Source: an uncultured Gemmatimonadales bacterium (GTDB lineage: Bacteria > Gemmatimonadota > Gemmatimonadetes > Gemmatimonadales > GWC2-71-9). Taken from it: a stretch of DNA of 53,303 bases. Below the pieces are notes generated by a model. It did no database searches. It was given only the letters and a program-made list of their open reading frames with translations, and had not been told where the DNA came from. Of this stretch, positions 11,524 through 20,964 are shown piece after piece (the first letter of the stretch is position 1; every line of letters starts with the position of its first letter). Location of the stretch: positions 1-53,303 of the forward strand of contig CAWJMT010000023.1 of NCBI GenBank assembly GCA_963844035.1, given 5' to 3'. Position numbers and translations under genes: made by a program.

Positions 11524-11985
11524 GTGATCCACCGTCTCTACTGCCACGTCGTCTGGACCACGCGGAACCGAGAACCAGTCATTGATGCCGGACTGGCGCG
11601 TTTCCTTAGCGGCTTTCTCCGCGGTGTTGCGCGACAGGAGCGCACGCGAGTGCTCGAGATCGGGATGGTGGCGACGCATGTGCACTTGCTGATCCGTATC
11701 CACCCGACCACGGATTTGAGTCGCCTACTACAACGATTGAAGGGCGGTAGCTCCGCCGTCGCCGGCAAAGAGCGGCACACAACTCATGGCAACAGGCTCC
11801 GTTGGGCGAAGGGGTATTCCATCCACTCGGTCAGTCCTCGAACCATCGCCGTGGTACGCGACTATGTGCGGGGTCAGCCAACGCGGCACCCTGATGAGGC
11901 CATTCTGGACTGGGGTGGAGCGAGCCCGGAGTACGATCGATCGACTCAGGACGAGTGGAGGTCTGACCTGCGGCGTCGAGTGTGA
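11524..11985 (+). mobile_element. tnpA: IS200/IS605-family Y1 HUH transposase (TnpA, RAYT-like)
   Basis: LYCHVVWTTRNR, HUH motif HVH, LKGGSS, WAKGYS.HSVS, catalytic YVRGQ; no tnpB. Confidence 0.92.
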
Positions 11986-12038
11986 GTAAGGGCGCGGCTG
12001 AAGCGCGGCTGCGAGGTGCCGAGGCCCGCCCGCGGGTG

Positions 12039-12136
12039 CGCGGCTAAAGCCGCGGCTCGGCATCTCCCGCTAAAGCGGGCTGGGCGCCGCCCGTTTACGG
12101 GCAGGTGCCGAGCCGCGAGTTCACTCGCGCCGGCGA
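12039..12136. repeat. REPIN/BIME-like multi-hairpin repeat, right copy (degenerate extra unit at ~11992-12035)
   Basis: Direct repeat of 11334-11432. Confidence 0.9.
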
Positions 12137-12176
12137 GCGGCGGGCTCGAGAGTTCCGTTTCGTCGAGACTCGCGTC

Positions 12177-13454
12177 TCACCCGCGCAGCTTTCCGATCTG
12201 CTCTACCAGGTACGCCGTGAAGGGCAGGGAGCACGTGAACCCGGGCGAGACGGCGTTCAGCACGTGGAACGAGCGGTCGTCACCCTCGAACTTGAAATCC
12301 ATCTCCAGCCGGCGCTCCTGGACATCCACGAGCTGGGCGCGAATCCCGGCGCGGCCCCAATGGCGGAAGTGCTCCGGGCGTATCCCCTCGGCCAGCTCGG
12401 CGCCGAGTTCGACGATACGGCTGGGACGGTACTTGGCCATCTCCTCGAATGGCGAGGGCGCGGAAGCCGAAGTTGTTCTGAAGAAACAGGCCGGCTTCCC
12501 GCGTCAGAATCTCGATCATCTCCTTCAGGCTGAAACGACTCCATCCCGCGTACTGCTCGCGCCAGAATGCCGGGATCGCCGTGGGGCCGAGGGTGACCAC
12601 GCCGTCCACGTGGAGGGTGACGTGCACGCCGAGGAACGGCTGGCGCGGGTCGGGCACGGGGTAGATGTGCGTGCGGAACCCGGGGCTGCCGGCCGCGCCC
12701 TCGAGATACAGTCCCTTGAACGGCAAGATGCGCCAGCGCGCGGCGAAGCCCCAGTCGCGCGCGATCCGATCCGCCTGCAATCCCGCCGCATTCACCACAT
12801 ACCCGGGCGAGAGCGTGCCGGTGGTGGTGCGCACCGCGCTGCCCGATCGCCCGAGGTAGGCGATGCCGGGGAGCAGCGTGATCCCCTCGCTCCGGGCGTC
12901 GGCGACGAAGGCGTTGAGTACGGCGTGAGGATCGACCGACGAGGTGGTGGGTGAGAAGAGCGCCCGCTCGCATGTCTTCACACGGGGCTCGATGGCCCGC
13001 GCATCGGCGGCCGTGATGTCGTCGAGCGGCACGCCGTTGACCCGCCCCCGTCGCAGCAGCTCGGCAAGACCCGGAAGCTCGGCGGGGGTGCGCGCCACCA
13101 CGAGCTTGCCGCAGCGGTTGATCGGCAGGCCGCGCGCGACGCAGAACTCGGTGAGCTGACGGTTGCCGTCGCGCGTGAAGCGGGCCTTGAGGCTGTCGGC
13201 GGCGTAATAGAAGCCGGCGTGCAGCACGCCGCTGTTGCGGCCGCTCGCGTGCTCGCCCCAGGTTGGCTCCTTCTCGAGGAGCGTGACGGCGGCGCCCGGG
13301 TGGCGGCGGCGCAGCTCGCGGGCCAGGCTGATGCCGATGATGCCGCCGCCGATGACGAGAAAGTCGGGAGTGGGTAACGTGGGAATTGGGTCCTCGCTAG
13401 AATGGGCGGTCTGCCGGTCTGCCGGTCGGGCGGTCGAAGTAAGGCTGGTTCCAT
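12177..13454 (-). CDS. lhgO: L-2-hydroxyglutarate oxidase-like FAD oxidoreductase (frameshifted; start uncertain)
   Basis: DFLVIGGGIIG, ASGRNSGVLHAGFYY..DSLKA, NAAGLQAD, IYPVPD...PFLGVH, GIRAQ, HVLNAVSP. Confidence 0.9.
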
Positions 13455-13485
13455 GACCGCCTGACCGCCCGACCGCCCGACCGCC
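13404..13485. repeat. Octamer tandem-repeat hairpin: (GCGGTCNG)n ... (GACCGCCY)n
   Basis: Arms at 13404-13435 and 13455-13485 are reverse complements. Confidence 0.85.
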
Positions 13486-13522
13486 GAGGTACGTTAACCC
13501 ATCTCAGGAGAGACGGAAGCGC

Positions 13523-14509
13523 ATGCACGTCGGAGTAACCGGAGCCGCCGGGTTCATTGGATCGCACGTCGTCGAGCGGCTGCTCAAGCGCGGCGACAGC
13601 GTGCTCGGGATCGACAACTTCGACCCGTTCTATTCGCCGCAGGAAAAGCGCGGCAATCTGACGCTCGCCGCCCAGTCGCCGCGGTTTCACCTGGCCGAGC
13701 TGGATCTGGCGGATGGCGCGGCGCTGCGCGCGATGCTCGATGGGTACCCGCACCATCTCGACGCGATCGTTCACCTCGCGGCCAAGGCAGGCGTGCGCCC
13801 GTCGATCGCCGACCCGGTTGGGTATGTGCGGGCGAACGTGCTGGCGACCCAGGTGGTGCTCGGGGAGGCCACACGCCGAAGCATTCGCCGGTTCGTGTTC
13901 GGCTCGTCTTCGTCGGTGTACGGCAACTCCGCTCCGGTGCCGTTCAGCGAAACGGCGACCGCTGTGACGCCGGTGTCGCCGTACGCGGCGACGAAACGGG
14001 CCGGGGAGCTGCTCTGCATCGCCCATCAACACTTGCACGGCGGCAGCATCGTGTGTCTGCGGTTCTTCACGGTGTACGGACCGCGCCAGCGTCCGGACCT
14101 GGCGATCCGCAAGTTTGCCGGACTGCTCACGGCAGGAGCACCGATCCCGTTGTTCGGTGACGGCTCCACCGAGCGGGACTACACCTGGGTGGACGACATC
14201 GTGGATGGCGTAGTGGCGGCGCTCGACCGGAGCGCGCGTGTGCCGGAGGAGCTGGAGATCGTAAACCTCGGGGGAAGCCGCGCGACCAGTCTGGAGCGGC
14301 TGGTGCAGCTCCTGAGCGAGGCGCTCGGCGTCCCCGCGCGCATCGAGCGCCATCCTCCGCAACCCGGGGACGTGGAGCGCACCTGGGCCGATGTCTCGAA
14401 GGCGCAACAGTTGTTGGCGTACCAGCCGGCGGTGCCGATCGAAGAGGGCATCAAACGGTTCGCGGCCTGGTTCAAGGAGAAGGTGCGTGATGGCGTGACT
14501 CTTGCGTAA
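13523..14509 (+). CDS. NAD-dependent epimerase (UDP-glucuronate 4-epimerase-like)
   Basis: TGAAGFIG, HLAAKAGVRPS, SSSSVYG, YAATK, RFFTVYGPRQRPD. Confidence 0.93.
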   Translation: MHVGVTGAAGFIGSHVVERLLKRGDSVLGIDNFDPFYSPQEKRGNLTLAAQSPRFHLAELDLADGAALRAMLDGYPHHLDAIVHLAAKAGVRPSIADPVGYVRANVLATQVVLGEATRRSIRRFVFGSSSSVYGNSAPVPFSETATAVTPVSPYAATKRAGELLCIAHQHLHGGSIVCLRFFTVYGPRQRPDLAIRKFAGLLTAGAPIPLFGDGSTERDYTWVDDIVDGVVAALDRSARVPEELEIVNLGGSRATSLERLVQLLSEALGVPARIERHPPQPGDVERTWADVSKAQQLLAYQPAVPIEEGIKRFAAWFKEKVRDGVTLA

Positions 14510-14538
14510 CCCGCGCAGAATAGCAGATATACCGCAGG

Positions 14539-15525
14539 GTGTCCCACTCAAGCAAAGGAGTTCGAGCGGTGCGCGTTCTGGTGACGGGTGGTGCGGGGTT
14601 CATCGGATCGCACATTGTGGATCGCCTGCTCGCCGAGGGGCACGCGGTCTGCGTCGTCGATAACCTCTCGACCGGGTTGGCCGCCAATATTCCGGCCGCC
14701 GCCACGTTCAAGCAGCTAGACATCTGTGATGCGGCGGCGTTGAAGGAGGCTTTTGCCTCCTTCAAGCCTGAGGTGGTGTTCCACCTCGCCGCGCAAATGG
14801 ATGTGCGTCGCTCGGTGCTGGACCCGGACTTCGATGCGCGGGTGAACGTCCTGGGCGCGTTGGCCGTGCTGCGGACCGCCGTCGCCGTTGGTGCGCGCCG
14901 GCTCGTGTACGCGTCCACCGGCGGAGCGATCTACGGGAACCCATCGCAATTGCCCGTCACGGAATCGTATCCCCCGGAGCCGGTCTCGGAGTACGGCGCC
15001 AGCAAGCTGGCGTTCGAGCACTACCTCAGCGTCTACGGCAACCGGGGCGAGATCGAATACGCGTCGCTGCGATATCCCAATGTGTTCGGCCCGCGGCAGC
15101 GGCCCGATGGGGAGGCCGGTGTCATCGCGATCTTCACGGGACTGATGCTGCGGGGCGATCAGCCGAAGATCTACGGCGACGGCAAGAAGACGCGTGACTA
15201 CCTCTACGTGGCGGACATCGTGGAAGCGAATATCCGCGCGATGACGGGCCCCGCAGGGGTCATCGCCAACCTCGGCTGGGGGCGCGAAGTCACCGATCTC
15301 GAGGTGTTCGAGACGGTGGCGGCGGCGACCGGGTACAAGAAGCCGCCGGTGTACGCTCCGGCGCGCTCCGGTGAGGTCCAGCGAACCTGTCTCGACGCCG
15401 GCCTGGCGCTCAAGACCTGGGGCTGGCGTCCGACGGTGACGTTGCGAGAGGGCGTGGAGCGGGTGGTGGCAAACCTCCGCCGGGTGCAGGCGCAGAGCGG
15501 GGGACAACCCGCCGCCGCGCGCTAG
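14539..15525 (+). CDS. NAD-dependent epimerase (UDP-glucose 4-epimerase-like)
   Basis: TGGAGFIG, HLAAQMDVRRSV, STGGAIYG, YGASK, NVFGPRQ..GEAGV. Confidence 0.93.
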   Translation: MSHSSKGVRAVRVLVTGGAGFIGSHIVDRLLAEGHAVCVVDNLSTGLAANIPAAATFKQLDICDAAALKEAFASFKPEVVFHLAAQMDVRRSVLDPDFDARVNVLGALAVLRTAVAVGARRLVYASTGGAIYGNPSQLPVTESYPPEPVSEYGASKLAFEHYLSVYGNRGEIEYASLRYPNVFGPRQRPDGEAGVIAIFTGLMLRGDQPKIYGDGKKTRDYLYVADIVEANIRAMTGPAGVIANLGWGREVTDLEVFETVAAATGYKKPPVYAPARSGEVQRTCLDAGLALKTWGWRPTVTLREGVERVVANLRRVQAQSGGQPAAAR

Positions 15526-15538
15526 CGGGTCGCGCCAG

Positions 15539-16849
15539 TCACGCAGAGGGGTCGGGCGCGAACCTGGGCGCCGCGATCCGGTTTCGCTCGACGAGCAGCA
15601 ATGCACAACGTATCGATTCTCCCACCAGCACCGCGCTCGACGCACCACTGACGCCCATCCGTGGAATCAGCAGCACCCCTGCAGCCAGGGTGACCACGAC
15701 GCCGATCGCCGCCGTGCGCACGACGATGCGCTCGTGCCCGGCGGACACGAGCCCGAGCGCCGTGGGGGCGGCGGCGCCGATCGGGACGAGCGTCCAGGCG
15801 AGCACGCGGAGTGCCTGAATTGCCGGGCCGTATGAAGAACCATAGAGAACAACGATGATCGGTTTCGCGGCGAGGGTCGCCACGAGCGCGGCGGCCACTC
15901 CGAGAATCACAAGGATCACCATGGACTTGTGGAGCAGCCCGGCGAGAGGCTCAGGGTCCTTGATGGGCTCATCCGACATGGCATCCGCCACCATGCGGGC
16001 GGCGACCGGGGACATGGCGGCGAGCAGCGAGTAGTGGGCCAGCTTGAGGCCCTCCACCACCCGGAACGCCGCCGCGAACCATCCGGATGAGGCATCTCCG
16101 GCGAGAAAGGTGAGCAGGAGCACGCCGACTCGTTGACTGAGAATCGCGAGCCCCCCAAGCAGTGCCAGCGGCCAGGTACGTCTGATTATGCCGAGCAGGA
16201 CCGTGGATCCGATGCCCGCTGCGTGTGTGAGCGCGAATCCGGGCTGGACGACGCGGCACAGGTACCAGGCGACGACAGAAACGACGACCTGCGCGAGCAG
16301 CAGCGCAGCCATCAGCTGCGGCAGGCTGCCCCCGACGCGCAGCACGACAAACGCGACGCTGGCCATCAAGGCTGCCGTGCCGCACGTGAGCAGCGCGCTC
16401 AAGTCCATGCGCTCCCAGGCGCGGAGCATTGCGGAACACACGCTGTTGAAGGCCAATGGCAGCAGGGATGCGACGTAGATCCGCAACGCGAGCACGGTAT
16501 CTCCCGTTCGCCCCGGCAGCCACCCCGCTCCTCCGATGACGAGTATGATCACCGTCGCGGACAACACGAGCTGCAGAGCGAGCGCGGCCGCGACGAGACG
16601 CGCCGCATCGCCGCGCTTGGCGGCGATGTCCCGGACGAGCAGCGACTCCGTCCCAAAGATCGTGATGATGTTGCCGATCGCGACGACGGCAAGGACGAAG
16701 GCGTACTGGCCGAAGCCCGCGGAGCCCAACCCTCGAGCCACGACGACGGTAAGTGCGATGTTGAATACGTGGCTCGCGATGCGCCCGGCCGCGAGCCAGG
16801 TCGTGTTGCGGGCGAGCCCATGAATGGGAGCGGCGACGTCGCGGATCAC
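15539..16849 (-). CDS. Wzx-type oligosaccharide flippase (start uncertain)
   Basis: LARNTTWL, ARGLG..GFGQY, G.FAAAFR, LLIP.MGVSGA; multiple TMs. Confidence 0.9.
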   Translation of the reverse strand: MIRDVAAPIHGLARNTTWLAAGRIASHVFNIALTVVVARGLGSAGFGQYAFVLAVVAIGNIITIFGTESLLVRDIAAKRGDAARLVAAALALQLVLSATVIILVIGGAGWLPGRTGDTVLALRIYVASLLPLAFNSVCSAMLRAWERMDLSALLTCGTAALMASVAFVVLRVGGSLPQLMAALLLAQVVVSVVAWYLCRVVQPGFALTHAAGIGSTVLLGIIRRTWPLALLGGLAILSQRVGVLLLTFLAGDASSGWFAAAFRVVEGLKLAHYSLLAAMSPVAARMVADAMSDEPIKDPEPLAGLLHKSMVILVILGVAAALVATLAAKPIIVVLYGSSYGPAIQALRVLAWTLVPIGAAAPTALGLVSAGHERIVVRTAAIGVVVTLAAGVLLIPRMGVSGASSAVLVGESIRCALLLVERNRIAAPRFAPDPSA

Positions 16850-16859
16850 GTAGCGGAGA

Positions 16860-18029
16860 TTGAGAATAGCGTGTATCGGACTATCTTGCATCCTCCACCA
16901 CGGCTTCGCTGATCTCCTGAAAGACTTCACGCGCGTCTTCGCACTCGTGCCCGACTGCCACACCGCCGGCCGGTACATGCGGGTGTGGCGGCGCCACTTC
17001 TACGACGGGTTGCAGGGGGCGCTGCCGAGCGTGGTGTTTCCGGAGGCGGTGAGCTTCACATGGGCGCGGCCGGCATCCGAGGCGACACTGGGTCCGTCCC
17101 GCGAGCGGGGTGAGATGTCCGAGCGGCTGTGGGACCAGATCCGGATCGCGCACGCCGCGCGCCCGCTCGACGCGGTGATCTCCTATTGCTTCAGCTCGGA
17201 CATCGAGGCGGCGCTCATCGAGCGCACGGTCGCAAGCGGTATTCCCTGGGTGAACTTCTACTGCGACAGCACCTACGCGTTCGATCGGGTCGAGGCGCTG
17301 GCGCGTGTCACGTCGCTGAACTGGTTTCCCGAGCGGGCGGCGGCGCCCAGCTACCGGGCGGCAGGCCGCCCCGCGCTCTGCCGGCCGTACGCCATGAATC
17401 CGGCCGCACTCCCGGAGGCCGCGTGTGAGACCGCCGACTACGCGCTGGGGTTCGTCGGTGCACCCACCGGGAACCGGGTACTGCGCCTGGCGGGGCTGCG
17501 GCTCCTGGGGTGCTCTACCGAGGTGCGAGGCGAGGGCTGGCAGCGTGCTAAGACGTCGCCGGTGGGGCCGGGTGCAGCGCGGCCGCAGCCGCCCCGCGAC
17601 CGGCGCGCGCGCGGACGGCTGGGTGAGCGGGTGCTGATGCGGGCGCTGCGGCCGTTCGTGCGCCGATGGGGCGGTGCGCTTACCGACGACGAGATGGCAC
17701 CGTTCCTTTCGCGCTGTCGCATGGTGCTGGGTCTGAACGAAGGGCGCGATACTCAGGGCAGGTACCGCAGCTACCTCAAGCTGCGCGACGTGGAGTTCCC
17801 CGGATTCGGCTGCTGTTACCTGACCCAGGACTGCGAGGACGTGGCACACGCGTTCGATGTGGGACGGGAAGTATTCACGTTCCGCCATCTCGCCGAGGCG
17901 GCGTCGCTGGTGCGCCGGAACATGCGACACCCGGAGGCGGCGCGGGCGATGGGGCGGGCGGCGCGGCGACGTGTCCTCGCCGAGCACACCTGGGCGGCGC
18001 GGCTGCCCGAGTTGGCGCGGGCGCTCTGA
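16860..18029 (+). CDS. CgeB-like glycosyltransferase (Glyco_trans_1_2)
   Basis: LKLRDVEFPGFG, GRAARRRVLAEHTW..R. Confidence 0.8.
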   Translation: MRIACIGLSCILHHGFADLLKDFTRVFALVPDCHTAGRYMRVWRRHFYDGLQGALPSVVFPEAVSFTWARPASEATLGPSRERGEMSERLWDQIRIAHAARPLDAVISYCFSSDIEAALIERTVASGIPWVNFYCDSTYAFDRVEALARVTSLNWFPERAAAPSYRAAGRPALCRPYAMNPAALPEAACETADYALGFVGAPTGNRVLRLAGLRLLGCSTEVRGEGWQRAKTSPVGPGAARPQPPRDRRARGRLGERVLMRALRPFVRRWGGALTDDEMAPFLSRCRMVLGLNEGRDTQGRYRSYLKLRDVEFPGFGCCYLTQDCEDVAHAFDVGREVFTFRHLAEAASLVRRNMRHPEAARAMGRAARRRVLAEHTWAARLPELARAL

Positions 18030-19201
18030 TGCGTATCGCCGTCGTCTCGCCGCACCTGCCGACACCCGCATTGCCGATGCGTGGCGTGTCCCATGACGAG
18101 CAGATGCGGCTGTTCGCGGCGGCCGGGCACGAGGTCCGCGCCGTCGTACCGCTCGCCTGGTCCCCGCGGCGCTGGCTGGCCGGTGTTGCGATCCCCGGCG
18201 AAGAGCGCGACGGGGCCGTGCGGGTGACTCATCCCAGCTATCCGCGGGTGCCGCGATTCCTGCGCGGGGCCGGCAACGCGATCGAGCGCCGTCTATTCGC
18301 TCGGGCGGCGGCGTCCGTCCTCGCGACGGAGCAACCGGCGCCCGATATCGTACTGGCGCACTCCGTGTCGCTGCCCGGCGGGCTGCTGGGGCGGATTGGC
18401 CGGGCGGCGTTCGTGGTCAGCCTCTACGACCACGAGCTGTATGATCTGGCCCCGGCGAGTGCCCTCGTTCGGGGAGGGATTGTCCGCACCCTGCGCGGCG
18501 CCGATTGTGCCGTCTACCTGTCGGAGGCGCTGCGACGGCAAGCCGTCGCGCTCGCAGGCTCACATCGAACCCTCGTGATCCCCCTCGGCATTGAGGTACT
18601 CACTACACCGTCCGCGGACGCGCCGTCCGGGTTCACGGTCTGCACCGTCACCCGTCTCATCGCGCGCAAGCGCGTCGATCATCTGATTCGAGCGATCGCG
18701 CGGCTCGCGGGCGAGCGGCCGGACGTACGTCTCGTGGTGGTCGGCGACGGTCCCGAGCGGGGAGCGCTGGAGCGGCTGGTGCACGTGTTGGGGGTCCAGC
18801 GTCTGGTCGAGTTCGCCGGGGCGCTCGACGCGCGGAGCGCGCAGGAGCGGATCGCGCGCGCCAGCGTCATGGCGCTCCCGAGCGTGCGCGAGTCGCTCGG
18901 CGCGGTATACCTCGAGGCCATGGCGCTGGGTGTGCCGTCCCTGGGAACGAGGGGTGAAGGCATCGACGAGCACATCGATCACGGGGTGAGCGGGATTCTC
19001 GTGCCTCCGGGGGACGAACCGGCGCTGCTGGCCGAGCTGCGGGCGCTGGCCGACGACCCGGACCGCGCCCGGCGCATCGGCGAGGCGGGTCGCCGCCGGT
19101 TCCTCGCCGGGCGGTTTTCCTGGCGCGCGAACGCTCAGGCGTTCATGGACCTGTTCGCGGAGTTGGCGAGGGGACGGAGACTGCCGGCCGACGGGTTATG
19201 A
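18029..19201 (+). CDS. Glycosyltransferase family 4
   Basis: RLIARKRVD, VVGDGPER, PSVRESLGAVYLEAMALG. Confidence 0.92.
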   Translation: MRIAVVSPHLPTPALPMRGVSHDEQMRLFAAAGHEVRAVVPLAWSPRRWLAGVAIPGEERDGAVRVTHPSYPRVPRFLRGAGNAIERRLFARAAASVLATEQPAPDIVLAHSVSLPGGLLGRIGRAAFVVSLYDHELYDLAPASALVRGGIVRTLRGADCAVYLSEALRRQAVALAGSHRTLVIPLGIEVLTTPSADAPSGFTVCTVTRLIARKRVDHLIRAIARLAGERPDVRLVVVGDGPERGALERLVHVLGVQRLVEFAGALDARSAQERIARASVMALPSVRESLGAVYLEAMALGVPSLGTRGEGIDEHIDHGVSGILVPPGDEPALLAELRALADDPDRARRIGEAGRRRFLAGRFSWRANAQAFMDLFAELARGRRLPADGL

Positions 19202-19208
19202 TTGGTGT

Positions 19209-20039
19209 GTGCCTACCCTGCGCGCCGACGAGACCGATCTCCGTACAACCGGCGCTTACTACGACGCCTTCGCTGAAGTGGCGGAGGCGCGCTACACCTC
19301 GAACCACGTGCTGGTGCGGGTGCGGGACGCATTCCGTCGCGCCGTCGAGCCTCACGCAGCGGCCTCGGTGCTGGACCTGGGCTGCGGCCCGGGCACAGAC
19401 CTCGCCTGGTTCGCGGAGCGCTACCCGCGGCGCCGGTACGCTGGGATCGACGTCTCTCCCCGGATGGTTGATCTGGCGCGCACCAGGCTCGCCGCTCATG
19501 CGGTGCAGGTCGAACGGGGGTGCGCGGAGGACGTCCCGCGGGTGTTCCCCGGCGAGCAATTCGACCTGGTCTACTCCTTCTTCGGTCCGCTGAACACGGA
19601 GCCCGACTTGGGCCGCGCCGTGGGAGCGCTGACGGAAGCGGTGGCGCCCGGGGGAGTGCTCGTGCTCACCTTCGTGAGCCGCACGTTTGTCGTGGACAGT
19701 GCCATGCACCTCTTGCGGGGCCGGGTGGGGCAGGCGGCAGCGCGAATCACGAATCGGTGGCGCGGCTATTCGCCCCAGACCCCGCTCGATGCATCGCTCT
19801 ACTTCCCCCGGCAAATCGAGGCGTGCTTCGCCCCCACGTTCCAGGTGGAGCGGCGCGAGGGCTTTTCGATCCTCTACCCCGCGTGGTACCTGGCCCACCG
19901 GTTCAAACCGAACGGCACGCCGGTGCGGGCGCTGTGGATCGCCGATCGCCTGTTGAATCGCACCCCGTTCTGGTCGGCCGGCGAGCATCTGCTCTACGTG
20001 CTGCGCAAGAGCGCTGCCAAATCGCCGTCGAGATCCTGA
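19209..20039 (+). CDS. Class I SAM-dependent methyltransferase
   Basis: VLDLGCGPG, GIDVSPRM, FDLVYSFFGPLN, PGGVL. Confidence 0.92.
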   Translation: MPTLRADETDLRTTGAYYDAFAEVAEARYTSNHVLVRVRDAFRRAVEPHAAASVLDLGCGPGTDLAWFAERYPRRRYAGIDVSPRMVDLARTRLAAHAVQVERGCAEDVPRVFPGEQFDLVYSFFGPLNTEPDLGRAVGALTEAVAPGGVLVLTFVSRTFVVDSAMHLLRGRVGQAAARITNRWRGYSPQTPLDASLYFPRQIEACFAPTFQVERREGFSILYPAWYLAHRFKPNGTPVRALWIADRLLNRTPFWSAGEHLLYVLRKSAAKSPSRS

Positions 20040-20881
20040 TGCTGCACCGGGTATTCAGCGTGCAGGGCCTGGTGCACGGTCCCCACGCGCGCTGAGAAGG
20101 TGAACGCCTCGCGGACCGCCCGGCCGAAGCGCCGCTCGAGGTCTTCGAGGGGAATACGACGGATCGGCAGCGCAGTGAGCCGGGCCAGCCGTTCGGCGAA
20201 CTCGGCCTGCCGGAGCGGCGGCCCCGTGAACAGGTTCACGACCGACATCGGGAGCGCCGATCGCGCCGTGTGGAGGAGCAGGCCCGCGCAGTCGTCCACG
20301 TGCACCAGGGACATCCAGTTCTCGCCCGCCCCGTAGAGTGGAACGGCTCGCTCCTCCCGAATGAAGCGTCGGTAGTAGGCCTCGAACCACGACCCCGGTC
20401 CCAGTACCCAGGCGGGACGCGCCACGATCACCGGCGCGTCGTTGCCACGTTGAGCGCGCAGCCACGGTAACTCGGCTTTGTGGTAGTCACGCGAGAAGCT
20501 GGTGGGGGAAAGGGGTGTTTGCTCCGTGACCATGTCCTCGCCATGCGAGCCGTACGCGAGGGTCCCGCCGACGTACACGACGAGCGGCGGATGTGCGCAG
20601 CTGGCCACCCAGAGCAGCAGGCGCTCGTTGGCCACCCGGTTGCGCGTCCGGGTGAGCACACCACGGATCCCGCCGCGGCCCGGGATGCGCGCGAGGTGAA
20701 AGATCACGTCGGGCGGATCCTGCTCCAGCAGCCGCCATTGCACGCGGTCCATCGAGCCGCGCAGCACGCCCGATTCGGCGACAGGGAGCGGACTACGGTG
20801 CAGCAGGCAGGTGGTGCGCACGCCGGCCGCGACGAGCCTGCGCACCAGCGGGGCCCCGAGGTACCCGCTACCGCCGAGCAC
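19994..20881 (-). CDS. NAD-dependent epimerase/dehydratase family protein (start probably slightly upstream)
   Basis: LVLGGSGYLG, IFHLA, ARPAWVLGPG, SLVHVDD. Confidence 0.85.
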   Translation of the reverse strand: MLGGSGYLGAPLVRRLVAAGVRTTCLLHRSPLPVAESGVLRGSMDRVQWRLLEQDPPDVIFHLARIPGRGGIRGVLTRTRNRVANERLLLWVASCAHPPLVVYVGGTLAYGSHGEDMVTEQTPLSPTSFSRDYHKAELPWLRAQRGNDAPVIVARPAWVLGPGSWFEAYYRRFIREERAVPLYGAGENWMSLVHVDDCAGLLLHTARSALPMSVVNLFTGPPLRQAEFAERLARLTALPIRRIPLEDLERRFGRAVREAFTFSARVGTVHQALHAEYPVQHQDLDGDLAALLRST

Positions 20882-20964
20882 CAGGGCATGCCGGATGCGG
20901 CGGTCTGCGAGTAGGCCCGCGTTCGAACTACGTGAGGTGCTGGACAGGTCCGCTGCTCACGCGG

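Noticed and set aside
11334..12136. Palindromic repeats as a CRISPR array
   Set aside because: Only two long copies flanking a transposase, with no regular spacers and no cas genes
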